A DNA stretch of 33,684 nt from Puniceicoccales bacterium (lineage in GTDB: Bacteria > Verrucomicrobiota > Verrucomicrobiia > Opitutales > JAIRKQ01), in NCBI GenBank assembly GCA_031281895.1, contig JAITET010000061.1, forward strand, positions 1 through 33,684. Direction: 5' to 3'. Position 1 is the first letter of the stretch. Every line of letters starts with the position of its first letter. The notes below the pieces were generated by a model that made no database searches, was not told the origin of the DNA, and was given only the letters and a program-made list of their open reading frames with translations. Position numbers and translations under genes: made by a program. This document shows positions 7,914 to 18,573 of the stretch, one piece after another.

Positions 7914-9845
7914 ATGCAACAGAAAAATGATCAAAGAAAATATTGGAAAACGTTGCTGTGTAAATTTGGCACTTTGCTTGTGATTTTTTCCGGTGTACGA
8001 TTTTTGTTTTTTTGCGGTAACTACAAAATATTTGCAAATGAGTCTCCATGGCTTATTTTTAAATCATTCGTGGTGGGGATGAGATTCGATTTGGCAACCA
8101 TTGCGATCTTCAACCTACCGGTTTGGGGATTTTGGTCATTGCCCCTAAGACTCCGTTCTTGGAAAATTTTTAATGCTTTGGCAACGGCTTGGTTTCTTCT
8201 AGCCAATTTTCTAGCTTTACTAGTCAATGTTATAGATGCAAAATATTTTTCTTTCACATTCAAAAGGATGTCAGGAGAAATATTTGAACAATCTGTATTA
8301 TTGACTGAAGATCCATCCATATATGTCCACATGTTGGTAGAATACAGGTATATCGTTCTCGGTGGTTTAATGTTAACATGTGCCCTATGTTTCGTGGCTC
8401 TTAAGCTCAGCCTGACAGACAAAACCGATAAAATTAGAAAACGAGATTTCGCCTATTCCTCTGTTTCCATAATACTATTGATCGTATGTGTCCGTGGAGG
8501 ACTGCAGCGTAAACCATTAAAACCAGTAGATGCTAATATCTATGCACCCAGCATACGGATGGCATGTTTGGTGAACAATTCGGCATTTAACATTTTTCAC
8601 ACGAGGAAGAGAGCAAGTCTACCACCATATGACTATTTCGCCGATGACGATGACAGGCTATCGAAAATATCTCCCAAACATAAAGCGGGAAAATTTTGCG
8701 ATACATGCACAGATTTTCAAGGCAAAAATGTATTCATAATTATCCTAGAAAGTTTTTCAGCGGAATATGTTGGAGCACTTGATAGGGAGTTTAAAGAATT
8801 TCCAAACACGACATTCACTCCATTTTTGGATTCCCTCATAGAAAAAAGCTATATTTTTGACGGATTTGCCAATGGGACAACGTCCATAGATGGATTAACG
8901 TCCATGGTATTAAGCATCCCTCCCCTATTCGATGCGTCATATATAACTAGTGCATACGGTGAAAATATTGTCAATTCATTGGCATCAATTTTGAAGGAGG
9001 ACGGGTATAGGACATTGTTTTTCTACGGCGGAAAAGAAAATTCTTGTAACTTTGGTAGTCTGGGAAGTAAGGCACAATTTGACGAATACTACTGCCAACA
9101 CGATTACGACGGTCCTAGTTCAAACATTAGCGGTTGGGGCGTGTATGACGATGAATTTTTTCAGTTTGTCGCAAGGAAGGTGGACAAAATAAAGCCTCCC
9201 TTTTGTTCTGTTTTGTTCTCATTGTCTTCCCACCATCCATTCTTGTATCCCCAACTATTGCACGGAAAATTTCCGAAGGGCAGTGAAAAACTACAAGAAC
9301 TCATAGCCTATACGGACTATTCCCTGCAAAAGTTTTTCGAAACGGCAGAACAAATGGATTGGTATAAGGATACGTTGTTCGTTTTGGTAGCTGATCACAT
9401 AGCTAGTCCACAACAAAAGTATTACCAAAATACCCTGGGAGGCTACTCGATTCCAATAATATTTTTTGACCCAAATGGTAAATTAATTGGAAAATCCAAT
9501 GAAGTTGCACAGCAAATCGATATTATGCCATCAATTTTTGATCTGGTTGGAAACAAAGGTAATTATTTTTCATTTGGCTCTAGCCTGTTTGACCAGAATG
9601 CTCCAAGATTCGCCATAAATCACAAAAATGGGATTTATCAGCTGATCACAAAAGATTTTGTTTGCAAGTTCGATGGTAAAAATGTTGTCGGTCTTTACAA
9701 GAGGTCAGACTTTCTTCTGGAAAACAACCTTGCTGAAGATCCGAAATATTTCGTAGAGAAAGAAAGTTTACAAGATTTTACCAAAGCATTCTTGCAACAG
9801 TATGGCAAAAGCCTTAGAAACAATGACATGGTCGTTGCCGATTGA
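7914..9845 (+). CDS. LTA-synthase/phosphoglycerol-transferase family membrane protein (sulfatase/alkaline-phosphatase superfamily), paralogue 1
   Basis: 643 aa. Several N-terminal transmembrane segments precede an extracytoplasmic sulfatase-type domain. LtaS-equivalent catalytic positions are present: 'FIIILESFSAEY' (metal Glu), 'NGTTSIDG' (nucleophile Thr), 'SSHHPF' and 'LVADHIAS' (Asp-His). Confidence 0.8.
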   Translation: MQQKNDQRKYWKTLLCKFGTLLVIFSGVRFLFFCGNYKIFANESPWLIFKSFVVGMRFDLATIAIFNLPVWGFWSLPLRLRSWKIFNALATAWFLLANFLALLVNVIDAKYFSFTFKRMSGEIFEQSVLLTEDPSIYVHMLVEYRYIVLGGLMLTCALCFVALKLSLTDKTDKIRKRDFAYSSVSIILLIVCVRGGLQRKPLKPVDANIYAPSIRMACLVNNSAFNIFHTRKRASLPPYDYFADDDDRLSKISPKHKAGKFCDTCTDFQGKNVFIIILESFSAEYVGALDREFKEFPNTTFTPFLDSLIEKSYIFDGFANGTTSIDGLTSMVLSIPPLFDASYITSAYGENIVNSLASILKEDGYRTLFFYGGKENSCNFGSLGSKAQFDEYYCQHDYDGPSSNISGWGVYDDEFFQFVARKVDKIKPPFCSVLFSLSSHHPFLYPQLLHGKFPKGSEKLQELIAYTDYSLQKFFETAEQMDWYKDTLFVLVADHIASPQQKYYQNTLGGYSIPIIFFDPNGKLIGKSNEVAQQIDIMPSIFDLVGNKGNYFSFGSSLFDQNAPRFAINHKNGIYQLITKDFVCKFDGKNVVGLYKRSDFLLENNLAEDPKYFVEKESLQDFTKAFLQQYGKSLRNNDMVVAD

Positions 9846-9852
9846 TCAAATC

Positions 9853-11790
9853 ATGGATGAAAATATTCCAAATACAAAAAATCCGTTTGTTGCTCTGTGG
9901 TCGATGTTCATAATTTCCTTCCTGTTCATACTATTCGTCCTATGGCTTTCCCACGTTTCTCTTATTGCATCTTTTACAGATTTATTGAGGGGTGTGACCG
10001 CGTATAACCTATCAATGTTTGTGCGAAGAGCATGGCAATTTGATTGCCGCATTGGGGGAATGTTGATTTTCCCATTTTTCGTCATTTCCTTATTCTTTTG
10101 TAAATCGGAAAGGTTGCAAAAAAAATTATCAAAAATTTTCAAATTCGTCGTTTCGTTATTTACGTGCCTAACGGTCATCCTAGCCGTAATCGAAATTGGA
10201 TATTTTAAAGAATATAATGACAGATTTAATTTTTGGGTTTTTAATTTTCTATTTGATGATCAGAAGGCAATTCTATCGACGATTAGAAAAAGTTACAATC
10301 TATTTGGCATATCGGCGGTCATAATGCTCGTATCTGTCGGTTTGACATTTTTTTACCGGAAATTGATTTCAAAGGTCACCCTGGAAAAACATGGGAGTGC
10401 TTTGTCCATGTCAGTTTTCGCCCTATTGATGGGCATATTTCTCGTAGCTGCAGCCCGTGGTTCCGTGTCCAGACGTCCCCTTCAACAAATTGACACTGCC
10501 ATAACGGGCAACAAATTTCTCAACAAATGTGCACCAAATGCGTACTATGCCATATATTTTGCGTGGAAGGATTTTCTGCATTCGAATAATATCAAATGCA
10601 TAAAAAGGTCATGCTCCCAAGAACATGTGCGGGCGGCATTAACGCTTTTAAGATCTCCGACCGATGACGTTAACAAGTTTATCTCCCGTACTGCAAGTGG
10701 TACAAAATTGTCCAGGAAACCAAAACATATTTTTTTGATAGTTATGGAAAGCCAGGATAATTGGCCATTTCTACCTGAAAATATCGAATTAAACCTATGT
10801 CCAAATCTCGCGAGGCTAGCCAAGGAGGGCCTATATTTCAAAAATTTTGTTCCTACCGGACAGGGGACGATGTCTGCCATAGCCGTACAAATGTGTAATT
10901 ATCCCAACATGGGTTTTCTAATCAATTGTTCCGAAAATGGGCTAAAAAATTGCGAACTATCCGTGGGGACCCTATTTCAAAGGTTGGGCTATGGGACAAA
11001 TTTTTACTATGCCGGATATTTGAGCTGGCAACGCATAGATCGATTTGCACCCATACACGGCTATCAGCATTGCTATGGTGGAGATGTAATGGGGACCTAC
11101 GAAGGAAATGAATGGGGAGTGAACGACGGGGATCTTTTTGCATTTATAGAAAGGAATTTTTCCCCGAATACGGATAGTTTCAACTTGATTTTGACGGCTT
11201 CCAACCATCCACCCTATAGCGTTGATCTGGCTACCGAAGGTGTTCCTCTGAAACACATCGCTAAATTTGTCAACGATCCAAAAAGGGTAAAATATCTAGG
11301 CCATGCTTGGTATGCGGATAGGTGTGTGGGAAACTTTATAGATGCCATTGAAAAGCTCACCGACGATGCCATATTTGTGATAACCGGTGATCATTTTTCA
11401 CGAAAACACCGCAGATCACAATTTTCTCTGTTCGATGGATGGACAGTCCCCCTAATTATATATGGAAAGAACTTTAATGGGGAATTGAAAAGATATTCAG
11501 TCCATGCTGGTAGCCAGGTTGACATTGTTCGGACGATAGTTGAATTGGTCGCGGGAAAAGGTTTCGACTATGCAAGTTTTGGCAAAGATCTACTGTCCGA
11601 TGAGGAAATTTGCGAAGGCTATTGCACGGAAGTTACCATAACTGACAAATACATTGTGACCAATGATAATAAAAACGTTGAGATGATTTCGAATTATTCA
11701 ACATCGGTAAGTGAAAGCGAACGGGAATGTGCCATATCCCGAAATCGCGCATGGCAAACGCTCGCAAAGTGGAAATTTTTCCATTTCTAA
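9853..11790 (+). CDS. LTA-synthase/phosphoglycerol-transferase family membrane protein, paralogue 2
   Basis: Same architecture as paralogue 1, with 'FLIVMESQDNW', 'PTGQGTMSA', 'TASNHPPY' and 'ITGDHFSR'. The start is uncertain. ATG 9853 avoids overlap with the upstream stop at 9845, while the in-frame ATGs at 9802 and 9823 would overlap it. None has a clear SD. Confidence 0.75.
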   Translation: MDENIPNTKNPFVALWSMFIISFLFILFVLWLSHVSLIASFTDLLRGVTAYNLSMFVRRAWQFDCRIGGMLIFPFFVISLFFCKSERLQKKLSKIFKFVVSLFTCLTVILAVIEIGYFKEYNDRFNFWVFNFLFDDQKAILSTIRKSYNLFGISAVIMLVSVGLTFFYRKLISKVTLEKHGSALSMSVFALLMGIFLVAAARGSVSRRPLQQIDTAITGNKFLNKCAPNAYYAIYFAWKDFLHSNNIKCIKRSCSQEHVRAALTLLRSPTDDVNKFISRTASGTKLSRKPKHIFLIVMESQDNWPFLPENIELNLCPNLARLAKEGLYFKNFVPTGQGTMSAIAVQMCNYPNMGFLINCSENGLKNCELSVGTLFQRLGYGTNFYYAGYLSWQRIDRFAPIHGYQHCYGGDVMGTYEGNEWGVNDGDLFAFIERNFSPNTDSFNLILTASNHPPYSVDLATEGVPLKHIAKFVNDPKRVKYLGHAWYADRCVGNFIDAIEKLTDDAIFVITGDHFSRKHRRSQFSLFDGWTVPLIIYGKNFNGELKRYSVHAGSQVDIVRTIVELVAGKGFDYASFGKDLLSDEEICEGYCTEVTITDKYIVTNDNKNVEMISNYSTSVSESERECAISRNRAWQTLAKWKFFHF

Positions 11791-11854
11791 AATTTGTCAT
11801 CCGTTGTTGTTTCCGTAAACCAATCTTTCATTGTTGTGTATTTCGTGGTTCAAG

Positions 11855-11885
11855 TTGTCAAAGAAAGTGCGGTTTTTCATAAAAA
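11855..11885 (+). promoter_or_regulatory. Candidate sigma70-type promoter for the ribosomal superoperon
   Basis: TTGTCA (11855-11860) is followed by an 18-19-nt spacer and then ATAAAA/TAAAAA (11879-11885), ~70 nt upstream of the rpsL ATG. This rests on hexamer resemblance only. Confidence 0.2.
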
Positions 11886-11954
11886 ATACTTGCTTTGTCG
11901 ATGACTTTTAATTCTACTCACATGGAAATTAGAAAAGTAAACAGGGGTAATTGA

Positions 11955-12332
11955 ATGCCAACGATTAATCAGTTGATAAAAAGACCTCGCGTTCGAAAGA
12001 TTGCGAAAACTAAAGCTCCATCCCTTGATCAAAATCCATTCAGGCGGGGAACGTGTATTCAGGTCATGACGCGTACGCCGAAAAAGCCGAACTCAGCCGT
12101 ACGAAAAGTCACAAAAGTTCGTTTGACAAATGGGAATGAAGTCATTGCTTATATCCCCGACGAAGGACATAAGTTGCAAGAGCACAGTGTGGTTTTGGTT
12201 CGTGGAGGACGTGTAAAAGATTTGCCGGGTGTGAGGTATCACGTTGTGCGTGGGGCCCTTGACTGTTCGGGTGTTGAAAAACGTCGCAGAAGTCGTTCGA
12301 AGTATGGAGTTAAACGCCCTAAACAGAAGTAA
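11955..12332 (+). CDS. rpsL: 30S ribosomal protein S12
   Basis: 125 aa. '[12 protein letters not shown]', '[45 protein letters not shown]' and 'RSKYG' form the invariant S12 core. SD AGGGG lies 7 nt upstream. Confidence 0.97.
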   Translation: MPTINQLIKRPRVRKIAKTKAPSLDQNPFRRGTCIQVMTRTPKKPNSAVRKVTKVRLTNGNEVIAYIPDEGHKLQEHSVVLVRGGRVKDLPGVRYHVVRGALDCSGVEKRRRSRSKYGVKRPKQK

Positions 12333-12353
12333 TTTTAACCGAGGAATGATAAA

Positions 12354-12827
12354 ATGTCTCGTAGAAGAAAAGCTATAAAGCGCCAAATTGAAAAGGACCC
12401 ACGCTATGGCAATGCGTTGATTTCCCAGCTAGTTAATATGATTATGCAGAGAGGGAAAAAGAATCTAGCTAGGTCCATAGTCTATGGTGCCGTTGAACGC
12501 GTTGGTGAAAAGCTTGGGAAAGGCGACCCCATTGATTTACTTTTGGGAGCCCTTGAAAATTCAAGGCCAAAGGTGGAAGTAAAAAGCCGGCGTGTTGGTG
12601 GAGCGACCTATCAAATTCCTGTGGAAATACCTTATGAGCGTCAACATTCACTGGTATTTCGGTGGATGATTGAATTTGCACAAACGAGGAAGGGATTACC
12701 TATGGATGAAGCATTGGCACAGGAAATTGTGGATGCTTATAATAATACTGGTTCCGTTGTGAAAAAAAAGGATGATGTTCAACGTATGGCACAGGCAAAT
12801 CGTGCATTTGCACATTTACGTTGGTAG
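12354..12827 (+). CDS. rpsG: 30S ribosomal protein S7
   Basis: 157 aa. Hallmarks are the N-terminus 'MSRRRKA', '[13 protein letters not shown]' and the C-terminus '[10 protein letters not shown]'. Confidence 0.97.
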   Translation: MSRRRKAIKRQIEKDPRYGNALISQLVNMIMQRGKKNLARSIVYGAVERVGEKLGKGDPIDLLLGALENSRPKVEVKSRRVGGATYQIPVEIPYERQHSLVFRWMIEFAQTRKGLPMDEALAQEIVDAYNNTGSVVKKKDDVQRMAQANRAFAHLRW

Positions 12828-12843
12828 AGATAGGGATGTAGGT

Positions 12844-14991
12844 ATGGCAAAGGAAATTTCAAATGTTAATTCTAAAAATCGCGGTACTCCATTGGAATAT
12901 ACGCGTAATATTGGAATCGCCGCACACATAGATGCTGGCAAGACCACAACGACCGAACGAATTTTATTCTATACGGGTGTTGTTCATAAGATAGGGGAAG
13001 TTCACGAGGGAACGACGGTTACCGACTGGATGGAACAGGAAAAGGAACGGGGAATAACGATTACATCGGCTGCTATTTCATGCGGGTGGAGCACTAAAGA
13101 GGGTCCATACGCTAATATTAAACATCGAATTAATTTGATAGATACCCCAGGACACGTTGACTTTACTGCGGAGGTGGAACGTTCGCTACGTGTTCTCGAT
13201 GGGGCGGTTGCTGTTTTTTGTGGTGTGGCTGGAGTACAGCCGCAATCTGAAACTGTCTGGCGGCAGATGGACAAGTATAGTGTACCACGCATTGCGTTTA
13301 TCAACAAGATGGACAGGGTTGGAGCTGATTTTTTAGGAGCGATTCGAGATATCCGTGAAAAGTTGGGAGGGAATGCCCACCCACTATTTTTGAACATTGG
13401 GGCCGGAGAGAAACTATGCGGACTAGTTGACCTGGTAAAAATGTGTGCCTATGTCTACCGTGAAGATTCGATAAACGGCGTACAGTACGATACGGTAGAC
13501 ATTCCCGCCGATATGATGGCAGAGGCTAAGCAATATCGGGAATCGTTGATCGAAGTATTGGCAGATTTTGATGACACGATTGCGGAGAAGTACTTGGAAG
13601 GTCAGCCGATGGAAGAAGATGAGTTGCGTATTGCCATAAGAAAGGCAACTTTGTCGATGAAATTTATCGGGGTTATTCCGGGAAGTGCCTTTAAAAATAA
13701 AGGAGTTCAGATGTTGCTTGATGCCGTCGTGAATTACCTTCCAAGTCCCTTGGACTTGCCTCCAGTTAAGGCGTTTAAAGATGATGATAGCAACGAAGAA
13801 ACATCAATTGTTCCGGACGATGGGGCTAAGGTTGCTGCTCTGGCATTCAAATTGATGACCGATCCATTCGTTGGGAAATTGATCTTTTGCCGCGTATACG
13901 CTGGTCAATTGAAAAAAGGCGAAGTGGTTTATAACCCTCGTACGAGGAAATCCGAACGGGTGAGTCGCCTTATTTTGATGAAAGCAGATGCGCGGGAGGA
14001 TATAGATGTTGCCTATTCCGGTGATATTTGTGCGGTCATTGGAATTAGAGGCGTAGTAACAGGAGATACTCTGTGCGATAAGGCCCTTGACCTGGTTCTT
14101 GAACCACCAACGTTTCCAGATCCTGTCATTAGCATGTCCATAGAACCGAAATCAAAGGCAGATCAAATGAAATTGTCGTTGGGGCTTCAAAGATTGGCGG
14201 AGGAGGATCCGACCTTTAGGGTTTCCAGTAATCAGGAAACAGGGCAAACAATTATTTCCGGCATGGGAGAATTGCATCTAGATATTATAAGAGACCGTTT
14301 ATTTAGAGAATTTAAAGTTGAGGCCGATGCAGGACGACCGCAGATTGCCTATCGCGAAACGATTACGACCGAAGCGATCGGCGAAGGGAAATTTATTCGA
14401 CAATCCGGAGGCCGTGGACAATACGGCCATGCGATCATTAAACTTGAACCAGCTGAAAAAGGCAAGGGCGTGGAGGTTATCAATGAAATTGTTGGCGGTG
14501 TCATTCCGAAGGAATACATTAAGCCTACCCAGGAAGGCATTTTGGAAGGGGCACAGACGGGGGTCATTGCAGGCTATCCGGTCGTAGATTTCATCGCCAG
14601 AATTGTTGACGGTAGTTTTCACGAAGTTGATTCTTCGGAAATGGCGTTTAAAATGGCTGGCATTTTCGGTTTCAAAGAAGCAATGCGCAAGGCAAATCCA
14701 ATCCTACTCGAGCCCATCATGCGTGTCGACGTTGCCACGCCGGAAGAATATCAAGGGGATATTGTCGGGGATTTAAATCGGCGACGTGGGCAAATTCAAG
14801 GAATAGAGACAAAGAATCATCTCACGGCGATTTGTGCATTTGTTCCGCTCGAAATGATGTTTGGGTATGCGACGGATGTCCGTTCATTGTCAAAGGGACG
14901 AGCAACATATACCATGGAACCTTCCCACTTTGAACAGGTGCCAACTAATCTATTGGCAAAAATTATTGAAAACTCTACGGGAAATAGATAG
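12844..14991 (+). CDS. fusA: Elongation factor G
   Basis: G1 is '[19 protein letters not shown]', G3 is '[10 protein letters not shown]' and G4 is 'NKMDR'. 'GELHLDI' and 'FHEVDSSE' are also present. I moved the start to ATG 12844 (MAKE..., SD AGGGA 7 nt upstream). The track start at 12772 would overlap rpsG. Confidence 0.96.
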   Translation: MAKEISNVNSKNRGTPLEYTRNIGIAAHIDAGKTTTTERILFYTGVVHKIGEVHEGTTVTDWMEQEKERGITITSAAISCGWSTKEGPYANIKHRINLIDTPGHVDFTAEVERSLRVLDGAVAVFCGVAGVQPQSETVWRQMDKYSVPRIAFINKMDRVGADFLGAIRDIREKLGGNAHPLFLNIGAGEKLCGLVDLVKMCAYVYREDSINGVQYDTVDIPADMMAEAKQYRESLIEVLADFDDTIAEKYLEGQPMEEDELRIAIRKATLSMKFIGVIPGSAFKNKGVQMLLDAVVNYLPSPLDLPPVKAFKDDDSNEETSIVPDDGAKVAALAFKLMTDPFVGKLIFCRVYAGQLKKGEVVYNPRTRKSERVSRLILMKADAREDIDVAYSGDICAVIGIRGVVTGDTLCDKALDLVLEPPTFPDPVISMSIEPKSKADQMKLSLGLQRLAEEDPTFRVSSNQETGQTIISGMGELHLDIIRDRLFREFKVEADAGRPQIAYRETITTEAIGEGKFIRQSGGRGQYGHAIIKLEPAEKGKGVEVINEIVGGVIPKEYIKPTQEGILEGAQTGVIAGYPVVDFIARIVDGSFHEVDSSEMAFKMAGIFGFKEAMRKANPILLEPIMRVDVATPEEYQGDIVGDLNRRRGQIQGIETKNHLTAICAFVPLEMMFGYATDVRSLSKGRATYTMEPSHFEQVPTNLLAKIIENSTGNR

Positions 14992-15006
14992 AGGAGGATT
15001 TGTTAT

Positions 15007-15348
15007 ATGACAACAAAAAAAACCAAATCAACTACGAAGCAAAAAATTAGAATAAAGCTAAAAAGTTTTGACTATCGTTTGGCCGACCAAGCTGGTATCG
15101 ACATCGTCGAGGCTGCCAAACATTCCGGTGCCCATGTATCTGGACCGATCCCGCTGCCAATGAATATTAAAAAATTTTGTGTCAATAGGTCGCCACACGT
15201 TAACAAAAAATCCTCGGATCAATTTGAAATAAGGTCCCATTGCAGGCTCATTGACATTTTTGAGCCAACGGCCGATACCGTTGATTCACTAAAAAAATTA
15301 AATCTACCGGCAGGTGTTGAAATAAAAATTGATTTAATGGCTGCCTAA
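15007..15348 (+). CDS. rpsJ: 30S ribosomal protein S10
   Basis: 113 aa. 'IRIKLKSFD', 'GPIPLP' and '[24 protein letters not shown]' form the S10 core. SD GGAGG is upstream. Confidence 0.95.
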   Translation: MTTKKTKSTTKQKIRIKLKSFDYRLADQAGIDIVEAAKHSGAHVSGPIPLPMNIKKFCVNRSPHVNKKSSDQFEIRSHCRLIDIFEPTADTVDSLKKLNLPAGVEIKIDLMAA

Positions 15349-15418
15349 TTGAAATTTGTGCTTGCATTTTAACCAATGTAAGAATTATAGGAACTAAATC
15401 TAAAGCAGGGGTAAAAGC

Positions 15419-16072
15419 TTGCCGCTTAGTATGAAAGAAAAAAAGAGAAACATTTTAATGATAGGCAAAAAGGCTGGTATGACGCAGTTGTATAATGCGG
15501 CAGGTGTTTTAGTACCCGTCTCCGTCGTTGAGATGTGTAGAACGATTATTACCAACGTTAAAACCGTAGATTCCAGCGGTTATTCTGCCGTTCAATTTGG
15601 ATTTTTTGGAAAAAAAGCTGGGGGGAAGGTTGATGGGAAAAAAGAACTTCCCGCTTTCGATATATTGAAAGAGCTTAGAGTGGATGATGTCGGTTTATAC
15701 GAAGTTGGAACGAGTGTGGACGTTGATGAGTTTGCGAAAGGTGAACTTGTGGACGTAATAGGAAAAACGAAGGGTAAGGGTTTCCAAGGGGTTATGAAGC
15801 GCCATGGGTTTTCCGGTGGACCTGCTTCCCATGGATCCATGTTTCATAGGCGAGGGGGATCCTATGGTCAACGCCAATGGCCCGGCCATGTTTTTAAAGG
15901 GCGCAAGATGCCTGGTCACACCGGCAATGAGCGTCGTACCGTACAAAATTTAGAAATCGTAGATACAAATGTCGAAAAACAATTGTTAATCATCAAAGGG
16001 AGCTTTCCGGGAACGAAGGATGGATATATTGTTGTTCGCCGTGCTAAAAAGTCATTGGAGGGAAAAAAATGA
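15419..16072 (+). CDS. rplC: 50S ribosomal protein L3
   Basis: 'IGKKAGMTQ' and 'GKTKGKGFQGVMKRHGFSGGPASHGS' are L3 hallmarks. TTG 15419 follows CAGGGGTAA plus 4 nt, almost the same SD context as rpsL. The in-frame ATGs at 15431 and 15458 are alternatives. Confidence 0.93.
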   Translation: MPLSMKEKKRNILMIGKKAGMTQLYNAAGVLVPVSVVEMCRTIITNVKTVDSSGYSAVQFGFFGKKAGGKVDGKKELPAFDILKELRVDDVGLYEVGTSVDVDEFAKGELVDVIGKTKGKGFQGVMKRHGFSGGPASHGSMFHRRGGSYGQRQWPGHVFKGRKMPGHTGNERRTVQNLEIVDTNVEKQLLIIKGSFPGTKDGYIVVRRAKKSLEGKK

Positions 16073-16704
16073 AGCTAAATTTCTATAGCAGTGATTTTTC
16101 TTCCCATTCAGAAAGTGACATCCCTGGTCTTATATCTTTGGATGGGGACAGGGGCGTTTCTGCATTAAAACAATATTTGGTTGCCCTGGAGGCTAATTTA
16201 CGGCAAGGGAATGCTTGTACAAAAGACAGAGGTGATGTTTCTGGGACCGGGAAAAAACCATATCGTCAGAAAGGAACAGGTATGGCACGCCAGGGGTCAA
16301 AGCGTAGTCCGATTTGGGCAGGTGGTGGTGTCGTATTTGGACCGAAACCCCGAGATTATTCGCAAAAGATCAACAAACGGGTGAAACGTCTCGCACTTAT
16401 GCGAGCTTTATCTGATAAAGCCTCCGAAGGAACTCTATCCGTGGTCGATAGACTGACCTGCGATGAACCGAAAACGAAAAAGTTCAACATTTTGCTAGAA
16501 AAGGCATTCCAAGGCGGTTCCATTTTATTTGTCGATGATAGTTTTAATGCAAATTTTGTTTTAGCATCCAGAAATATCGAGCGTGTGTTTATGATTGACA
16601 GTAATTCGCTGAATGCGTTTGATGTAGTGCGCCATGGAAACGTTATAATCAGTGACAATGCAATAAAGACTGTCATTTCACGTCTAACCGACAGAGAGGA
16701 GTAA
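16069..16704 (+). CDS. rplD: 50S ribosomal protein L4
   Basis: 'GTGKKPYRQKGTGMARQGSKRSPIWAGGGVVFGPKPRDY' is the L4 core. Its start overlaps the rplC stop in an ATGA. Confidence 0.96.
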   Translation: MKLNFYSSDFSSHSESDIPGLISLDGDRGVSALKQYLVALEANLRQGNACTKDRGDVSGTGKKPYRQKGTGMARQGSKRSPIWAGGGVVFGPKPRDYSQKINKRVKRLALMRALSDKASEGTLSVVDRLTCDEPKTKKFNILLEKAFQGGSILFVDDSFNANFVLASRNIERVFMIDSNSLNAFDVVRHGNVIISDNAIKTVISRLTDREE

Positions 16705-16710
16705 AATTAA

Positions 16711-17001
16711 ATGGAAAACTTTGGGACTTTAAAAGAAATTTTGCTTACGGAAAAATCGAACGCATTGCTGTCGGATAAGCAGCAATATGTTTTTATAGTT
16801 GACCAGAAAACTAGTAAGGGACAAATTGCGAGAGCTGTTGAAAAGACGTTCAACGTGAAAGTTGTTAGGGTGAATGTTATAAATTGTTGCGGAAGGCCTA
16901 AACGTGTGCGGTCGAAATCATCCCATCGCTATACTTTGGTTGGGAAGAAAAAGAAAGCAATAGTTGTTTTAAAAGACGGTTATAAAATAGATGTGGCTTA
17001 A
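16711..17001 (+). CDS. rplW: 50S ribosomal protein L23
   Basis: 96 aa in the canonical slot between L4 and L2. 'LLTEKS' and 'KKAIVVLKDG' are L23-like. Confidence 0.9.
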   Translation: MENFGTLKEILLTEKSNALLSDKQQYVFIVDQKTSKGQIARAVEKTFNVKVVRVNVINCCGRPKRVRSKSSHRYTLVGKKKKAIVVLKDGYKIDVA

Positions 17002-17037
17002 TGGTAAGGTAATGCAAAATATGCGAAGGAAAAACAA

Positions 17038-17889
17038 ATGGCTATTGTAAAATTGAGACCAATCACACCGGGGCAACGGTTTTTAATAAAAACGAGTGCC
17101 GATATTTCTAAGACCAATGTACCCAACAGAAGGTTAACGCAAAGCAAATTGCGCATAAGCGGCCGTAACTGCTATGGGCGTATAACAATGCGCAGAAGGG
17201 GTGGTGGCCATAAGAGGTTATTGCGCATCATAGATTTTAGGAGAGATAAGATCGATATTCCTGCCGTTGTGGAACGCATAGAATATGATCCAAATAGGTC
17301 TGCAAATATCGCACTACTAAAGTATGTCGATGGGGAAAAACGTTATATTTTGGCAACTGAAAAAATGGCAGAAGGGTCTGCCGTGGTAAGCTCAAATGAG
17401 CCTCAGAATGAATATGACGATGGGGTGGCTTTGCCTTTATTTTTAATACCGCAGGGATTGAAGGTTCACTGCATAGAGTATGAGCCGGGCAAAGGAGCCC
17501 AATTGGTCCGGGCGGCAGGATCAGCAGCCCAATTGGTAGCAGTTGATGGCGATAGGGCTACTTTGCGAATGCCGAGCGGAGAAATTCGATGTGTTCATTC
17601 CCGTTGCCGTGCAACGATTGGAGAAATTGGTAATGCGGAAAAAGGGAAAACATCCCTTGGAAAAGCTGGACGTAACCGATGGCTTGGTCGACGGCCAAGG
17701 GTCCGAGGAGTTGCCATGAATCCTATTGATCACCCAATGGGTGGTGGACATGGAAAAACTTCTGGGGGTGGCCATCCGGTCTCTCCATGGGGACAGCTAT
17801 CCAAGGGCAAACCAACCCGCAGGAGATCCAAACCTTCAAATAATTCTATCGTTGTTAGAAGGAATGGAAGAAAAGTCAAAAAAAGTTAA
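17038..17889 (+). CDS. rplB: 50S ribosomal protein L2
   Basis: 'RRRGGGHKR', 'YDPNRSANIALLKYVDGEKRYILA' and 'MNPIDHPMGGGHGKTSGGGHPVSPWG' identify L2. Confidence 0.97.
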   Translation: MAIVKLRPITPGQRFLIKTSADISKTNVPNRRLTQSKLRISGRNCYGRITMRRRGGGHKRLLRIIDFRRDKIDIPAVVERIEYDPNRSANIALLKYVDGEKRYILATEKMAEGSAVVSSNEPQNEYDDGVALPLFLIPQGLKVHCIEYEPGKGAQLVRAAGSAAQLVAVDGDRATLRMPSGEIRCVHSRCRATIGEIGNAEKGKTSLGKAGRNRWLGRRPRVRGVAMNPIDHPMGGGHGKTSGGGHPVSPWGQLSKGKPTRRRSKPSNNSIVVRRNGRKVKKS

Positions 17890-17905
17890 AAACAGGGCAT
17901 AAACG

Positions 17906-18178
17906 ATGACACGGTCGAGAAAAAAAGGTTTTTTTGTAGATGTTAGCCTGGCTGATAAGGTTGCAGGAGCGTTATCAGCCGGAATTCGAAAACCCATAAA
18001 GACATGGTCTAGGCGGTCTACGATTACACCAGACTTTGTGGGGCTGACTTTTTTGGTTCATAACGGTAAAAAGTTTGTTGACATTTATGTAACCGAAAAC
18101 ATGGTCGGACACAAATTAGGAGAGTTTGCACCAACTAGAATGTTTAAATCGCATAATCCGCATACTCAAAAAGCCTAA
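17906..18178 (+). CDS. rpsS: 30S ribosomal protein S19
   Basis: 90 aa. 'SRKKGFFVD' and '[28 protein letters not shown]' identify S19. Confidence 0.96.
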   Translation: MTRSRKKGFFVDVSLADKVAGALSAGIRKPIKTWSRRSTITPDFVGLTFLVHNGKKFVDIYVTENMVGHKLGEFAPTRMFKSHNPHTQKA

Positions 18179-18188
18179 GGGGAAATCG

Positions 18189-18566
18189 ATGAAAAAAGAA
18201 ACATCAGTGAAAGAACCAGAATGTGCGAAAGCAACGCTGAAGTATGTTAAAACTTCGGCAAAAAAAGTTCGGGATTTGGCACGGTTATTGAAGGGGAAGC
18301 CTGCCCTTGATGCGGTGGCTTTTGTGAAGAACATTCGCAGAAAATCTGCGAGATTGATAGGTGGTCTTCTGCACAGTGCTATAGCAAATGCGGAGAACAA
18401 CAATAATTTAGCAGCTAATAAATTGATGGTTGAATCAGTAATTGTGGAAGAGGGCCCTGTTTTAAAGCGTTTTATTCCAGCCGCTAGAGGGTCGGCACAT
18501 CCAATAAGGAAGCGCATGTCGCATATTCGCCTTATTCTAAGGAACATTGATAAAAAAATAGGTTAA
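18189..18566 (+). CDS. rplV: 50S ribosomal protein L22
   Basis: 'AKATLKYVKTSAKKVRDLARLLKGK', 'EEGPVLKRFIPAARG' and 'KRMSHI' are L22-like. I moved the start to ATG 18189 (SD AAGGGG 6 nt upstream). The track start at 18126 overlaps rpsS. Confidence 0.94.
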   Translation: MKKETSVKEPECAKATLKYVKTSAKKVRDLARLLKGKPALDAVAFVKNIRRKSARLIGGLLHSAIANAENNNNLAANKLMVESVIVEEGPVLKRFIPAARGSAHPIRKRMSHIRLILRNIDKKIG

Positions 18567-18573
18567 GTTTGTT

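Noticed and set aside
12772-12843. 5'-extended starts offered by the ORF track for fusA (12772), rplV (18126), rplE (20783), rpsH (21712), rplF (22031), map (25595) and rpsD (27286)
   Set aside because: Each extension overlaps the preceding gene or adds non-homologous residues. In each case a downstream ATG gives the canonical N-terminus, and all except rplE also have a purine-rich SD 5-10 nt upstream.
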